Below are positions 39,721-52,916 of a stretch of DNA of 64,000 bases, piece by piece. A program made the position numbers and the translations under genes. The stretch is taken from positions 33,728,001 to 33,792,000 of the forward strand of contig NC_042999.1 in the NCBI RefSeq assembly GCF_006345805.1, given 5' to 3'. Each line of letters begins with the position of its first letter. The stretch's first letter is position 1. This DNA is from Octopus sinensis (taxonomy: Eukaryota). Below the pieces are notes generated by a model that saw nothing but the letters and a program-made list of their open reading frames with translations, did not search any database and had not been told where the DNA came from.

Positions 39721-42379
39721 ATATTGAGGGCGCACGCTCTTTGTAATGGACAAGCATTTATATACTAATTCTAAAACGCATGTGTTTGAGTATATAAAAC
39801 AACTGCTATATCGTCGTTAATATCGAGGAAAAAATATTTTCTAAATTATTACAATGGAAAAACTTATAAGATCTATACAGTCCATTTTGTCTGATATACA
39901 CATCTGTGTATTTTCAAAAACTATAACATTCAATATACTATAAACATACTACTATAAGCAGAGCGCCTGAACTTTTGGGGAGAGGTGTAATGGATTACAT
40001 CGACTACGAACACGTGCTTATAGTTTTGCTGCCGAAATATAGAAAAGCATTGTCGACTTCGGCGTAATTTGTACTGAGAAAATGCTGTCTGACTAAATGC
40101 CGTTTAACATTTAGTGCAAGCGTCCTGAAGATACTGCCTTCTCAATATAATAAACTACCAATATAATAAATTAAATCGCATGTATTATGTTCAAGATATG
40201 GTCTATTGAAAGTGAAACTATGTGGTGAGATTATAATTTGCTGTGGACATTTTACTGATTGCTAATGGCTCTATCTTGATACGTCTTTATTTCTACCTTA
40301 GTGAAAAAAGCTACAACTTCATAAATTTTAACTGGCTTAAAAATATCAGGAATATGTGTAGATATTTGAAATCGTAAAAGCAAAATACATACAATCTAAA
40401 TTAAATATATCGTGATCTCCAAGAGAAAGTACTAAAATTGTGGAACGAGAGAAAAGTACACTACAGTAGTTTCTTTTACTTATTCTTATGTAAATAGTTC
40501 AGTTAGCGTTGGCTTCAGTTCTTTAATTTCCTGTCGTTCAGTTCAGTAATTCTCCTATTTACAACGGTACAACCATAATTTTTTGCACTCTTTTCATATA
40601 AGATTGATTTTATTACAACACAATTTTAGAAGGCGTTTCAAATTATATACATTGCTGCAGTGTTTAGTTCATTTCACAGAGCAACGAGATATAGTAGAAT
40701 TTATAACGCTATTGAATTTATTTCATATTCTACGGTGCTATATATTTTTCTCTCGGGGCAGCTATAATATAAATGCAATATATAGCATTATATACGAAAC
40801 TAATAAAATACGATTTTAACATGGGCGTCATGTTTCATTGTTATATATTGCAAATTTCGTATATAGATGTATATAAATGACGCATACATACAATTGTATA
40901 TGTTTGTGTATATTTCTTTATGATAATGCATGTGTATATATAAAGTGTATACACACACATATATATATATATATTCTGTACATAATAATAATACTTTATG
41001 AGTTTAAAGCTTATAAAGCTGTGGCCGTGTAATTAACTAACTAAAGTAGTCTAATATCGGCGCATATAAGTCCGCGCCGGATATAAATGTGCTTTCCGTG
41101 TTTGTGTACGTCTGTGTGTGTGTTTGTGCGTGTGTTTACATGCATGTATATTTATATATACATATATATTGTGTTTGCATATACATATATGATATGCTTG
41201 TGTGTGTGTGTATCTGTGTGTATTCGCTTGAATATGACAACGCTGCCAACTCCGCAAGATGTAAGACATCTTCAAGTGGAATCAAACACCAGTTTTTATC
41301 AGGAGATCCACCAGTGAAGCATATTCTGGTGGGCAATTTCTTATGCCCCAAGCTAGTGTTCCGTGTTCTGGGGGAGAACCACTCACCCTGAAATGTGAAT
41401 GCATTTCTATTAACATAAATGTACCGCAGGCTGTAGCGTATATTCGCTTGTCCGTGAGGTAACTATCTTCTATTACAACTACTCTTTAATAAGTGATGTT
41501 GCTTGCTTTAAAAATTGAGTCGTGATACTGATGCTTATGTCTCAATGTGTATATGACTTGATAGTTATGTTGCTCCTTATTTTGCAGATAGACACACAAG
41601 CTGAGATTAAAGGTAGAATATTAAAAAAAACACATTAGCGCCTCATAGAGAATTCTTTAACTTCTAACTGTTGTTAAATGTCTTAGTTTGTTTCGTTGAT
41701 ACTGCTTCTGACGTTTGATTTTCAACTGATATTTTATTATTAATAAACGTTTTGTCGCAACTTCCGCTTAAATACAAGCTCTTACTCCCCTCTCTCTCCC
41801 TGTGTATCTTTGTGTTTGTGTGTCTTCTGCGTGTGTGTGTTTATGTATATGTGTGTATGTGTGTTTCTTCGTGTGTGTAAATTTAACGTCAGCAAAAAGA
41901 GTAATCTATCCAATGCGAGTTAAATACCATTCCACTTAAATAGCTGTATTATCAAGTCTTATCAACTCTAGTTTAATAACCGGTATCAAATATGAAACCT
42001 TTCCTTAAAATAAAGTTTATTTGTTTATGCAGTATAAAAGATAGGGTATCTGGGTTTTTTTAAATTTTTGTGGATGCTACATATATTGTGTATGCGTGAA
42101 TGCTAGTTTCTTTGCTTTGATACCTATATTTAATCGAGTATCAATTAATGTTTGGTTTACTCACAGAATTTGCTAATTGAAACAATTTTTTTTGAACGAG
42201 AATATAAATGTTCATGTTAGAGATAATTTGACTGCAGCTATTTTGTATATAAATAGACACTTAGTACTTCCAGTCATTTATTATTATTCTTCCACCTGTA
42301 TTTCTGCAACTGTGGTATAATTTGTGTTGCGTCTCATTCCTAAACTAATTTCTCCGATTGGAGCAGTGCTGTGGTATGG

Positions 42380-42555
42380 ATCGATGCTGCATTGTAAAAT
42401 TAAATAGCTAATTAATTTAAAGATCGTTTTAATTTATCAATTTGTGATTTATTCTAATAAATATGTCTTCCATAAACATGGTAGATAAATTGTGTTCATA
42501 TTCAGCAATAGAGCCTCCTTCAAATCCGTGAAATACAGCATACATACATAAAAAC

Positions 42556-42591
<36 letters not shown>

Positions 42592-42942
42592 GTTTTTATG
42601 TATGTATGTGTGCATATATACGCCCATCATGTAATTCAGCGACCAGCAGACACATTCCCCTTGCAGCATTATTTTGCCCTGCATATCTGAGATCTCCATC
42701 CATTGTTAACTCTATCGTCTGGAGGATGAAGTTGGATTCCGACTCTATCACGATAAGCCCATTTGACTTTCGTGTTCATGTTGCTGTATTTCACGGATTT
42801 GAAGGAGGCCCTATTGCTGAACATGAACACAATGTATCTACCATGTTTATGGAAGACATATTTGTTAGAATAAATCACAAATTGATAAATTAAAACGACC
42901 TTTAAATTAATGAACTATTTAAGTTTATAATGCAGCATCGAT
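42380..42942. mobile_element. MITE/foldback element with ~160-bp terminal inverted repeats
   Basis: Arms 42380-42540 and 42782-42942 pair with roughly 10 mismatches; TA dinucleotides lie just outside both ends. Confidence 0.85.
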
Positions 42943-42946
42943 TCTA

Positions 42947-43571
42947 AAATAGTGTACATTTAAACACAAAAGAAAATTACCCTTGAACATGTATTTTTAC
43001 ATGCTAGAAAATGCAGCCAACACGGCCAAAACCACAATTTAATAGCAATTTTCGAAGGAAATAAAAAAATATATATTACCTTGTTATTTTTATTTGCGGT
43101 TTCGAATTTCTGTTGCAAATAAGATTATCTGCCACCATTTATAGGTAATTTAGCAACACAATATTATCGCCAGGCGAATTCTCGTCAGTAACCGGTCTCA
43201 ATAACTAACTTATAATTCAGAGACAAGATAACAGGTGTCCCATCATTATATGTTATAATTTTTCAAAATTCCGCGAGCAGGCGTAGTTGCAGTCGGCAAT
43301 AAATATAATGACAAGCTGAAACTTCGAGAATGCTAAGAACATATTCATAAGATACATATATAGGGTAACGAATATTCATTATAAATATCACCACCAGTGG
43401 CCTGACATGTATAAATAGTCAATAGACAACAAATTCGTATTTTGAAATAGCATACATTTAGACACAAAAGAAAATTACTCTTTAACAGGCAATTTTTTTT
43501 CTTTTCCTTCGAAACTTGCTATAAAATTGTTGTTTTGGCCGTGCTGGCTGCTTTTTCTAGCATGTAAAAAT
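42947..43571. repeat. Pair of related repeat fragments: direct 43-bp block plus inverted ~78-bp block
   Basis: 42947-42989 matches 43445-43487 directly; 42993-43069 is the reverse complement of 43493-43571. Confidence 0.8.
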
Positions 43572-43586
43572 TTAAAAGTTTTCCAG

Positions 43587-43810
43587 TCTCTTATTCGTGA
43601 CCTCCTTTATGCAGATGATATGCAAATACTTATAAATCATATTTCTGCTTCTTGCAAGGTTTTAACCAGGATAAGAATGTCGTAATGTTTCCGCCTGCAT
43701 GAGGAAATCCATATGTGGAACAATACTGGGCGAAGGAACAATACTGGGCAGCACACTCAGCCGTTTTTGCTCCCTGGATAACGAAATATCTTTCAGGCTG
43801 CAGCGAGCAA
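43587..43810 (+). mobile_element. RTE-clade LINE reverse transcriptase fragment, internally deleted
   Basis: SLIRDLLYADD (YADD at 43608-43619), MQILINHISASCK, VMFPPA*GNPYVE, LGSTLSRFCSLDNEISFRLQRA. Confidence 0.85.
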
Positions 43811-44689
43811 TTTATTACTGCCGGTCTCTTCCGTCTCGTACCAAAATGAACATTGGATTTGATAAAATAAGGGAAAATTATAAAACAAAAACAGGTAAAC
43901 GAATGGGAAATAAGACGAACCTTGTCAAAACTAATATAAATCGCAAGATATAGAACATAACAAGAATAGGTAAGACCCCTTCAAGATAATGGAATAGGAT
44001 ATCATCCCACCTGAAAATAAACAATATTATATGTAAATCATAAAATAGACCAGAGGGGTTGTAAAATTACAAGAGAACCATAAGTGAAATATAAACAATT
44101 ACTGCTAATGGTAGTCATATATCCTTTGATATCCTATTCCTATTACATCGCGATATTAATGAACACTCCCAAGTCTTGTTGCTTTGAATACCCACATGTT
44201 GCGCAGCTGTACGTTTCAAAATTCAGTTTATGCTGAGGATGAGCAAGTGGATACGTTACTATTGGTGCAAATTTTTGCAACAAACTCACTTTAATAAAAC
44301 ATAAAAATACAAGATGTTTTATGAAAAATCTCAGTGAAAATAAAACGAAAATTCTTGATAGATTATATTATATTTGAGTTTTTTTTATGTAAATATATCT
44401 TAGCATAAACAAAATACTGCCGCATTCAGAAAAAATATATATGTAATAATAAATCGTGGAAAGAAAAAGGGATAAAAAATACTGAAGTTATATTCACACA
44501 AATACAAGCTTCACTTTGCTAAATGCCGACGAATTTATTTTGAGAATATCAATCTAATACTTAGCGTTGTCTGTGAAAAAGCGAGAATCTCAACGTTTTC
44601 ATTTTTGCAACATATAAAAAATTGCAATGCTGAAAGATATTATTGATTCTGGAGCATTAATATTCTTATATTCTGATTGACAGTTTTGT

Positions 44690-44716
44690 ACACGCACGCA
44701 GACGCACACACACACA

Positions 44717-44770
<54 letters not shown>

Positions 44771-44800
44771 AACAAACAAACAAACAAACAAACAAAAAGC
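44690..44800. repeat. (CA)n(CAAA)n microsatellite
   Basis: Direct reading. Confidence 0.95.
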
Positions 44801-44936
44801 AAACACATACACTTACACACACATGTGTATATATTTAGGAAACGCATACCTATCTAACTATCTAACTATCTATCTATCTATATATATATCTATCGATCTA
44901 ATTCTATCTCCTCTCTCTCTATATATATATATATAA

Positions 44937-45270
44937 CCGTAGCATCACGGTTTCGATTCTCTGACCAAGCGTTGTGAATGTTTATTGAGCGAAAACACCT
45001 AAACTCTACGATGCTCTGGTAGGGGATGGTAGCGAACCTTGTATTATTTCACCATAACTTTCTCTCACTCTTTCTTCCTGTTTCTGTTGTACCTGTATTT
45101 CAAAGAGCTAGCCTTGACACACTCTGTGTCACGCCGAATCTCCCCGAGCACTACGTTAAGGATACCCGTCACTGTGGAGTGCTCAACCACTTGCCCGATA
45201 ATTTCGTGAGCCGGCTGTTCCGTTGATCGGATCAACTGGAACCTTTGTTGTCGTAACTGATGGTGCCTCC
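44937..45270 (+). mobile_element. SINE family A, 5'-truncated diverged copy
   Basis: Aligns to the reverse complement of 28533-28880; A-box region missing. Confidence 0.88.
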
Positions 45271-45299
45271 ATGTTCTAATTGAGCATGTATTAAGAGTA

Positions 45300-45560
45300 C
45301 TCACGGGATTCTCTCCCCCTTGAGCTACCACCAGTATCCACTTATCCACTCATCTCTGTTACGTGCTGTCTCTCCAACATATATCGTTGTCCCTGTTCCT
45401 GCATTAATTGTCTGTACACTTTTAGATTACGTTAGTTGTTTTTATACTTTATCTCCGGGTTTGATCTACACCTATACAGTTCCGATCTGTGGAGGGAGTT
45501 CTTTCAAATTGATATCATCTACACATCAGATATTGTATGGGGTCCCCGGTCTTTCTAAAT
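45300..45560 (-). pseudogene. Possible Penelope-like GIY-YIG endonuclease / RT relic
   Basis: Minus-strand TIYVGETARNRDEWIS resembles the GIY-YIG YxGxTxR.L..R..EH motif; a VDDI segment lies about 40 codons upstream, closer than in intact elements. Confidence 0.35.
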
Positions 45561-45930
45561 TACTACATCAACTCCGTAGATTTATTTCATCTAAAGTTTT
45601 CCTAAAAACATAACCTAGTTCGAATCCATGGTTAGCATCGAAGAACATGATATTCTGGCATTTTTGGTTGACATGCCAAGTTTAGGCTTTACATATATTC
45701 TTGCTCGTTCTTTCTATGCTGTTCCAAGATTTACTCCTTTATAGCGAGCAGATTCCATAAGCGTCATTCTCTAAGATAGATGCAAGGAGAGGTATCCGAG
45801 ATGCAGACGCTGAATAGATAACAAAATGTTTGACGAAAACATTTTGACTGGCAAATAAACTAAAACTAATAATAACAAAAGCAAATTTGCGGATCAAATA
45901 GATTGGCAAATGATGATCATCTCCATGTAT

Positions 45931-45994
<64 letters not shown>

Positions 45995-48184
45995 CGAAAA
46001 TTAATATACGCAGCCATGCACAATGTGTTACCATAAAGGAAAAAAATTCGACTAAGTGTATCGAGACATCTACATTGCTAGAAATAAGAGCTAAAATGCT
46101 CTAAGGTTGTAGTGAAAGCACATAATTGTATACAAATATGCTGACAGTGGCTATTATTTCCAAACAACACCGACTCCAGAATTCCCCATACATGAACGTT
46201 TACTTTCCGCTATTTCCGTAACATTTTTGCTCATATTTCTAGTAATGTATATGTCTATTGTTTATTATCATAAAGAATTTCGCACGATGTTTATTATCTC
46301 TGTTTATATTTCTCTTATTCCATTTAAATAAATAAAATAAAATAAATGCTGTTTGCAAAAAACGAAATCTTATGCATTAATAACTTTTCAAATATCTGAT
46401 AAGATATTCATGTTGTACCATGTTATAAATATTTTTACGGTGCCATGGCAATGTCACTAAGAAACAATTACTTGCAAATTCTTGACAGAGATTCAGCTAA
46501 CATAGTTATGTGAAGTATTATCACGAGCCCTAGACTCTACTCTATAATATTGTTTCATACATCAACATGCGGATGTGATTCTACGCACTTGTGTATTAAA
46601 GGGGTTCTCTGTCAACAAAAAAAAATAGATCAAATAGATGCAAATTTAATTCATAAACCATTTGAAACAATACGTGTATAATATATTTAATAATTATCAC
46701 TATCAATTTGATGTGATTAAATGTAAGAGGCACAAGCTGAACAGTAAGATTGTGTACAAATATGTAAAAGGAAGAAACGTGTGGCATATGTGCTGTAGTA
46801 TGTAGTCAAAAAACTTAATTGCACTCAATTTTTTGAGCTTAAATGAACGGAAAACTGCCTAGGACTTTCGGGAAAAACTGCCCCGAAAGTAGTAAAAGAA
46901 AACAAAGAAACTACATTATTTGGAAAATGTTTGGTTGGGAAACGAAAGACATCCTTGACCTACGGAATCACCGTTTCATGAACATACCATTAGCATTGGT
47001 AATGAGAAGTGTGTTCCAAGCAAATTCTGCGCTCATTAACGTGAACATTTTGAATTATTTGTAGATGTGGATGATGCCCAATATTGTGCTGTATAGGTTT
47101 ATATATGTTGATGTGCTTTAAGAGTGTATGTTTTGCCTGTATGGTCGAACGATATACACCCATATCTACGTGTGGATTGTGTATTTGCATATGTTTAGGG
47201 CGGGTTTAAGAGCGACTGTGTAACGAATATGCAGATGTTTATTCATATATTTTGCAGGCGTGTTATGCGGCAGTTGCTTTATGTATGTGATGCAGTAAGG
47301 ATGTTTTATACTAAAACGTACAGTTGCATGCGAGATAAATGTGTATGTGTATGTGAGGAGTGTGAATGAGATTGAGATGTATTTTGTCTGCGTGTACAAG
47401 TCAAAGTGCGGTTCTCGCGCAATTTTAATCGTATTTTATAATAAGCATTAATGAACATACTTGATTCAGGAAATATTGATTTAAATAGAGAAAAATAGCC
47501 CGAATATTTAAGATAGCAGGAAATTTAGAAAAAGAATAGGAAGTCAAGGGCGTCACGCATTCTTACACATTCACAAAAGTGAAGTACTAGTTTGTAACTG
47601 TGACGGACTAACGAAGATGCATGAGATTACGAATGCTGACTACTCAAGTGGTTGATTCAACAAATGACTAATCTAGCAATCGATTAGGTAAGTGGTTAAT
47701 TGGCAAATTATTTTAATAACAAAAGGAAATTAAATACAATTTTTGTGTATTTGATTGACAAAGGAAGTTCCCAAGATAATATACCATTTGATACAACTTC
47801 ACATCAAAAATCTGGCAAAGAACTATGCAGGTCTACATAAAGTAGTGCTCTTCAAAGCCAGGACCAGCACCAGTAAGGAAGAAAATAGCTAAAAGGCGAG
47901 TAAGTGATTGAGCGTTGGTAAATGAGAATAGACAGTTCACGATTTGAATATGAAGTAATGCATGTATTTATTTAGATTTGTGTGAATGCATAGTTGACTG
48001 TGTACAGTGATATCGAGGTGTATACGTGTGCATTGTACAGGGACATTATGGATGTGCATGTGTGCACAAACATAGGGGGCACCCAAATACACACGGACAC
48101 ATACACACACATATTTAGAGAGAGAGACGAACAGAGAGATGTACACAGACAATGGTACTTAACCGGAAGCGATTGCTAATATAC

Positions 48185-48217
<33 letters not shown>

Positions 48218-48385
48218 ATATATTTTCAAATATGACTATTCCTAAAACTAGTGGTTGTAAAATGCAATTAGGATAAGATACAAGGGGCATATTTTATTCT
48301 AATCAAAAAACGATAAAATATAACTAGATTATTTGATGAGACAGTTAAATTTCATAATCTTTTGTTCTTAATATTTGGTGTGTTA

Positions 48386-48935
48386 AAGGCGGCGAGCTGG
48401 AAGGAACGTTAGTACGCCGGGCGAAATTCTCAGCGGTATTTCGTCTGCCGTTACGTTCTGAGTTCAAATTCCGCCAAGGTCGATTTTACTTTTCATCCTT
48501 TCGGGTACGATAAATTAAGTAGTAGTTCAACTTAATCCCTTTGTATGTCCTCGATTGTCCCCTTTATGTTTAGCCCCTTGTGGGCAATAAAGAAATACAA
48601 AACGTTAGCACGCCGGGTGAAATGCTTAGCAGTATTTCGTCTGTCTTTACATTTCGAAATCAAATACCACCGAGGTTCGACTTTGCCGTTCCTCCTTTCG
48701 GGGTCGATAAATTAAGTACCAGTTGCCTCCTGGAGTCGATCTAATTGACTGGCCCCTTCCCTAAAAATTTCGAGCTTTGTGCGTAGATTAGAAAAGTATA
48801 CTTAACGGCATGTCGTCTGGGTCAAATAACACCGAATTTGACGTTAGCTTCCATAATTTGGGGTTCGACAAAATAAGTATCAGTTGATTACTGGGGTCGA
48901 TTTAAACGATTTACTCTACCCCGGCGTTTGCTGGA
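48386..48935 (+). mobile_element. SINE family B, dimer plus a further degenerate core
   Basis: aaggcggcgagctgg head, core, tail-1, partial head plus core, tail-2 (..tagattagaaaag at 48796), then a decayed core. Confidence 0.85.
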
Positions 48936-49236
48936 TTACTGCCAAAATTTGAAAACAATATCTGATCTAAAATAATTTGCACAAATTATAAAATTCCAGA
49001 GAATAAATATAATGTATATCCTAATAATGTAAACAGTAATTAGTGCACAACAGCAGAGATTTATTAAAGAATATAACATACAGTAAAATAAAAGCATAAC
49101 TATTAAAATTTCTTGGAAATATTTCAAATAAAATTAAACGCAATATTTGAGTTCTGTATAAAACAAATATTATTTTTATTGGGTGAAATCGACGCAAATA
49201 AGGATCTAGAGAACCCTTATATAATTAAGGAAACGT

Positions 49237-49686
49237 GGATCTTTTCGGTTTGAACGATTTTTTTCTAGCGGTGTCATATGAAATTGTCACCCATAATTAT
49301 GACCCTAGTATCGATCTATTGCATTTCAATCTATTTTAGTGTTAGGGTAGTTAGGGTTAGTTAGGGTTAGGGTTAGGGTTAGGGTTAGGGGTGGGGGGAA
49401 AGGTATCTTTTTTTCTTCACAAATGTAATTAAACCCAATCTGTTTCTTAAACGAGGGACATATTCATACGGCACAGAATGTTGTTTACCTCAATGGACGT
49501 CAGTGATTAGTTGAAATTGCAGAAATTGAAGAAGATAACAACAAATATCTTAAAAACTATAGAATTTTCTCAATAAAGCCAAGAGAAAAATATGTTCTAT
49601 AAACACATTCTACCAGTATACAAAGTTTAAAATTTTTAGTTACCTAGGAATTATGCTAAAAACTGCCGTTCAAACCAAAAAGATCC
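49237..49686. mobile_element. 450-bp MITE containing an internal (TTAGGG)n tract
   Basis: 20-bp TIRs GGATCTTTT(C/T)GGTTTGAACG with 1 mismatch; flanks aaacgt / aaacat; TTAGGG repeats at 49342-49390. Confidence 0.85.
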
Positions 49687-50910
49687 AAACATTTATTTTT
49701 TAGACGCTTATGAGGTGAGTAAAACGCTGAATATAAATAGTTTCTGCGTTGAATGTATTAAGCGGGATTTGAAAATGTGAGTTAACGCCTTCACAGTCGC
49801 CATTCTCTAATAGCATTAAAACAGCTGATGATTATGCATTAAGGAAGACAAACGTGGGACTTTAGTGGCAATATTAAAATTTCTTCTTTGATACTGATAC
49901 AAAAGAAAGTGAAACGATTTTTGAACTTCAGTGTTAAATGTTAAGCATCAATGTTTGGGTTACATTCCCTTTGCCATTGCAAATATAATATTTCTCTGAT
50001 CTAATATTCCCTTCGGCAATCAGTATTTAAGTATTGATCGGTAACATATGAACAGAGTGTAACATTTAGGGAAACGAAACAGTTGTTTCAATGAACCGCA
50101 GTACTTGACCGATACTGATATAATTGACCCTGAAATGGAAAGTAGAATTTGGGCAGAAATGAAATTAGCATTTGATTAATAACTCAAGCACTTTTAATTG
50201 AATTTATACACTTTCACCGATCAGTTAAGTCTAAGCTAAAGCAATTAAATACCCAGTTCGATTAGATTTTAGGTTCATGTCTAAATGCAAGGAACAATAT
50301 ATCTGCTGCTATCTATCTGTGATAGATGGTTCATTCGTTAGCGTGTTGGGCCCATCCACGTAAGGTCATGGTTTCGATTCACATAGCGTTTTAGTGTTAG
50401 AGTACACATCGCTAAATGGCATTTTCCTGGTTTAAAACAAATATAAGGTTGTTTTTTTTTTATCTTTGCGGTTCGCGTAAAAGATTTTATATTGTTGCAA
50501 CATCCGACTAGGCATTGGCTTTGAAGATACCTTCTCCATCCCACTTGTATTAGATATACTGGTGTTGTAAATGCTCATGGGTATGCCCTTCTCTCCTAAC
50601 TTAAAGATAAAATATCTCTCAAAAACAGGACATACACTAATACACACACGTGCGGGCATACTTGCACAAAAGTATGCGTATTCATTAATACATATTACGT
50701 ATGTATGCCCCCACTTATGCATGGATGTGTTTATGCATTTCTTTGAAAGTGTAGTCATATTATATATATATGCGTGTGCGATGGTGTGTTTGAGTGAGCG
50801 TACGTCCGCACGCGGATGTTGAACGTGTATTCAGGAAAAGTAGTAAATTAGGTAAACACAGGTAAGTTTATTTACTTAGAACATAAACGCACATACTTCT
50901 GTTAAAACTA

Positions 50911-51317
50911 TTGGTTTGTCCGGAAAGTTCGTGCCGATTTTTAAAGGAAAGAAAAGGATCAATAAATACTTACCATTACATTTTTATTCAACCAAATATG
51001 AACCATTTTGTTGCACAATGCGTCTCAATCTTTCCTTTAACTTGAAAACACCTTCTTCCCAGAATTGAGGTGGTTTCATGGCAAAGAATTCATCGAGGTA
51101 TCTTTTTACGACATCCAAGTAATTGAAATTTTTACCATTAAGTCTATTCTGCAGAGACCTGAATAAGTGGTAATCCGAAGGAGCAATATCTGGTGAATAT
51201 GGAGGGTGGGGTACACATCCCAGCCGAGCTGCAGAAATTTTTGTCTGGTTCCCAAAGCATCGAGTCCCGAAAAGGAACTTTCTTATCTTCCATTTCAAAG
51301 GGTTACAGAATTAACGT
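50911..51317 (-). mobile_element. Internally deleted, one-ended copy of the 22576 mariner
   Basis: TA|TTGGTTTGTCCGGAAAGTTCGTGCCGATTT TIR; C-terminus HPPYSPDIAPSDYHLFRSLQNRLNGKNF; near 51257 it jumps to the start-codon region (ttcttatcttccatt); second TIR absent. Confidence 0.9.
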
Positions 51318-51594
51318 AAAGAAGTAGAAATATGAAGAAGATGGAGAGATTCGCTCTCGTCTATATTCTTGCAGTCCGAGAAGATCCTGGGAATGCTGGT
51401 CAGGCTGGTATATCAAATGTATTTTGGGTTCCGACCTTTTGACTATTTCATGTCGACAACCGAGGTCGGTGCCAGAATTGACATCTCAGTTTCTTGATTC
51501 TTTCGTTTATCCTCTAAATTTTCATCTGTTAAGCTAGTCGAAAAATTATTTATAATACAAATGTGTAAGCTTTTTCTCGTATATATACATATAT

Positions 51595-51741
51595 CTTTCC
51601 TTCTCCTATGTTTCCGACGAAGAGCTCCGCTCGAAACGTTAAACCCTCCTTCTTCCTTCTTTCCTGAGCGTCCAATAATACTATATTTGTTCCACGACGT
51701 CGCTTTGTTGTGTTTTTTTGTGCTTTCTTGTTTGGATTAAC

Positions 51742-51742
<1 letters not shown>
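51595..51742 (+). mobile_element. Short Penelope-like terminal-repeat fragment (second copy)
   Basis: Homologous to 21695-21832; followed by (TA)n. Confidence 0.6.
51610..51644 (+). ncRNA. Minimal type I hammerhead-ribozyme-like motif
   Basis: 35 nt identical to 21709-21743. Confidence 0.5.
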
Positions 51743-51800
<58 letters not shown>

Positions 51801-51808
51801 TCATATGA

Positions 51809-51852
<44 letters not shown>

Positions 51853-51853
<1 letters not shown>

Positions 51854-52653
51854 TAGACTACCCGTGACACGTTGGCTCACTGACGCTTCAGATTATAACA
51901 CTTTGAAGGTGATTTCAACATTGCATTGAAATGAAAATTAAATTTATGATGATTCAGCTAAATATTTCAATTCGTTCGTGTCATCATAGGTCTGGTTTAC
52001 AAGTTCATGTTTAAGGTTTTATTGATTATTTACAGCATCTAATAGAAATTGAACTTCCGGGATAAATGTGAACAGCATTTATTTATGGCATGCGTGCACA
52101 CATGTACAAAAATGCAAAAAGAATTGTTATAAAGAGGAAACATAATATTAATGGAGACAATTGTCACAGTATTATATATTCTCATTTCCGTGTTATATTA
52201 CTTTCGGCGTATCTTCATATTATACCCCGTCTTGGTTATTTATGAAGGTACACAAAAAAAACGGCGTAACTCGTGAATCCGTGTTCTGATTTATGCAAAA
52301 CTTATTTTAATCTGCTTCCATTAACATTTGAGGGGTGCCTTACTGACAAAGTATTTTCCCATTATACGCGGGTTTGGTTGTATTAAGTTTCAGACGAGCA
52401 CGCACGCACGCAAGCAAGTAGTGACAAACGTTTAGTAATACCCACCAAAACCGCGTATCTTGGGAATGTATTATCCTATTTAAGCGAAAGGTATTATATT
52501 CTATTTATATTAACATTTCAGGGGTACCTTACTACCAGAGTATTTTTTCCATTATCCGCCGGTTTAGCCATATTAAATTACAGACAAGCACGCACGCACG
52601 CAAGCATGCAATCACTCTGTTTTAGTGGTTTTAGTAGTATGCAGCTAGATAGA
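51853..52653 (-). mobile_element. Probable non-autonomous Helitron
   Basis: Minus strand reads A|TC...TACTACTAAAAC..(GCGT)n ... CACGGGTAGTCTAG|T; duplicated ~185-bp unit near the 5' end; 3' hairpin decayed. Confidence 0.45.
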
Positions 52654-52916
52654 TGTGTGTGAGTGTCGCTGTGTGTGTGTGCATGCATATATGTGTGTAT
52701 GTATATACACAAGTTAGTTTTCTATTTATTACTAATATGTAATATTTTGGCACTTATTGAACCGCATGATATTTGCCTAACTATAATATAGATTGTATTT
52801 CACACTATGTGCTTTCTGACACAATAAGAATATCATCAAAAACATCTAATCCTGTGCTTCTTGTATTATTCAACAGTGATACACAAAAGAAATTTGAATT
52901 TGCTTTCGAAATATTC

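Noticed and set aside
41588-41612. Possible 25-nt micro-exon (ttttgcag|...AAAG|gtagaa)
   Set aside because: Weak donor, length not a multiple of three, no supporting neighbouring exons.
49342-49390. True telomere or chromosome-fusion scar
   Set aside because: The tract is short, single-orientation and enclosed by MITE TIRs.
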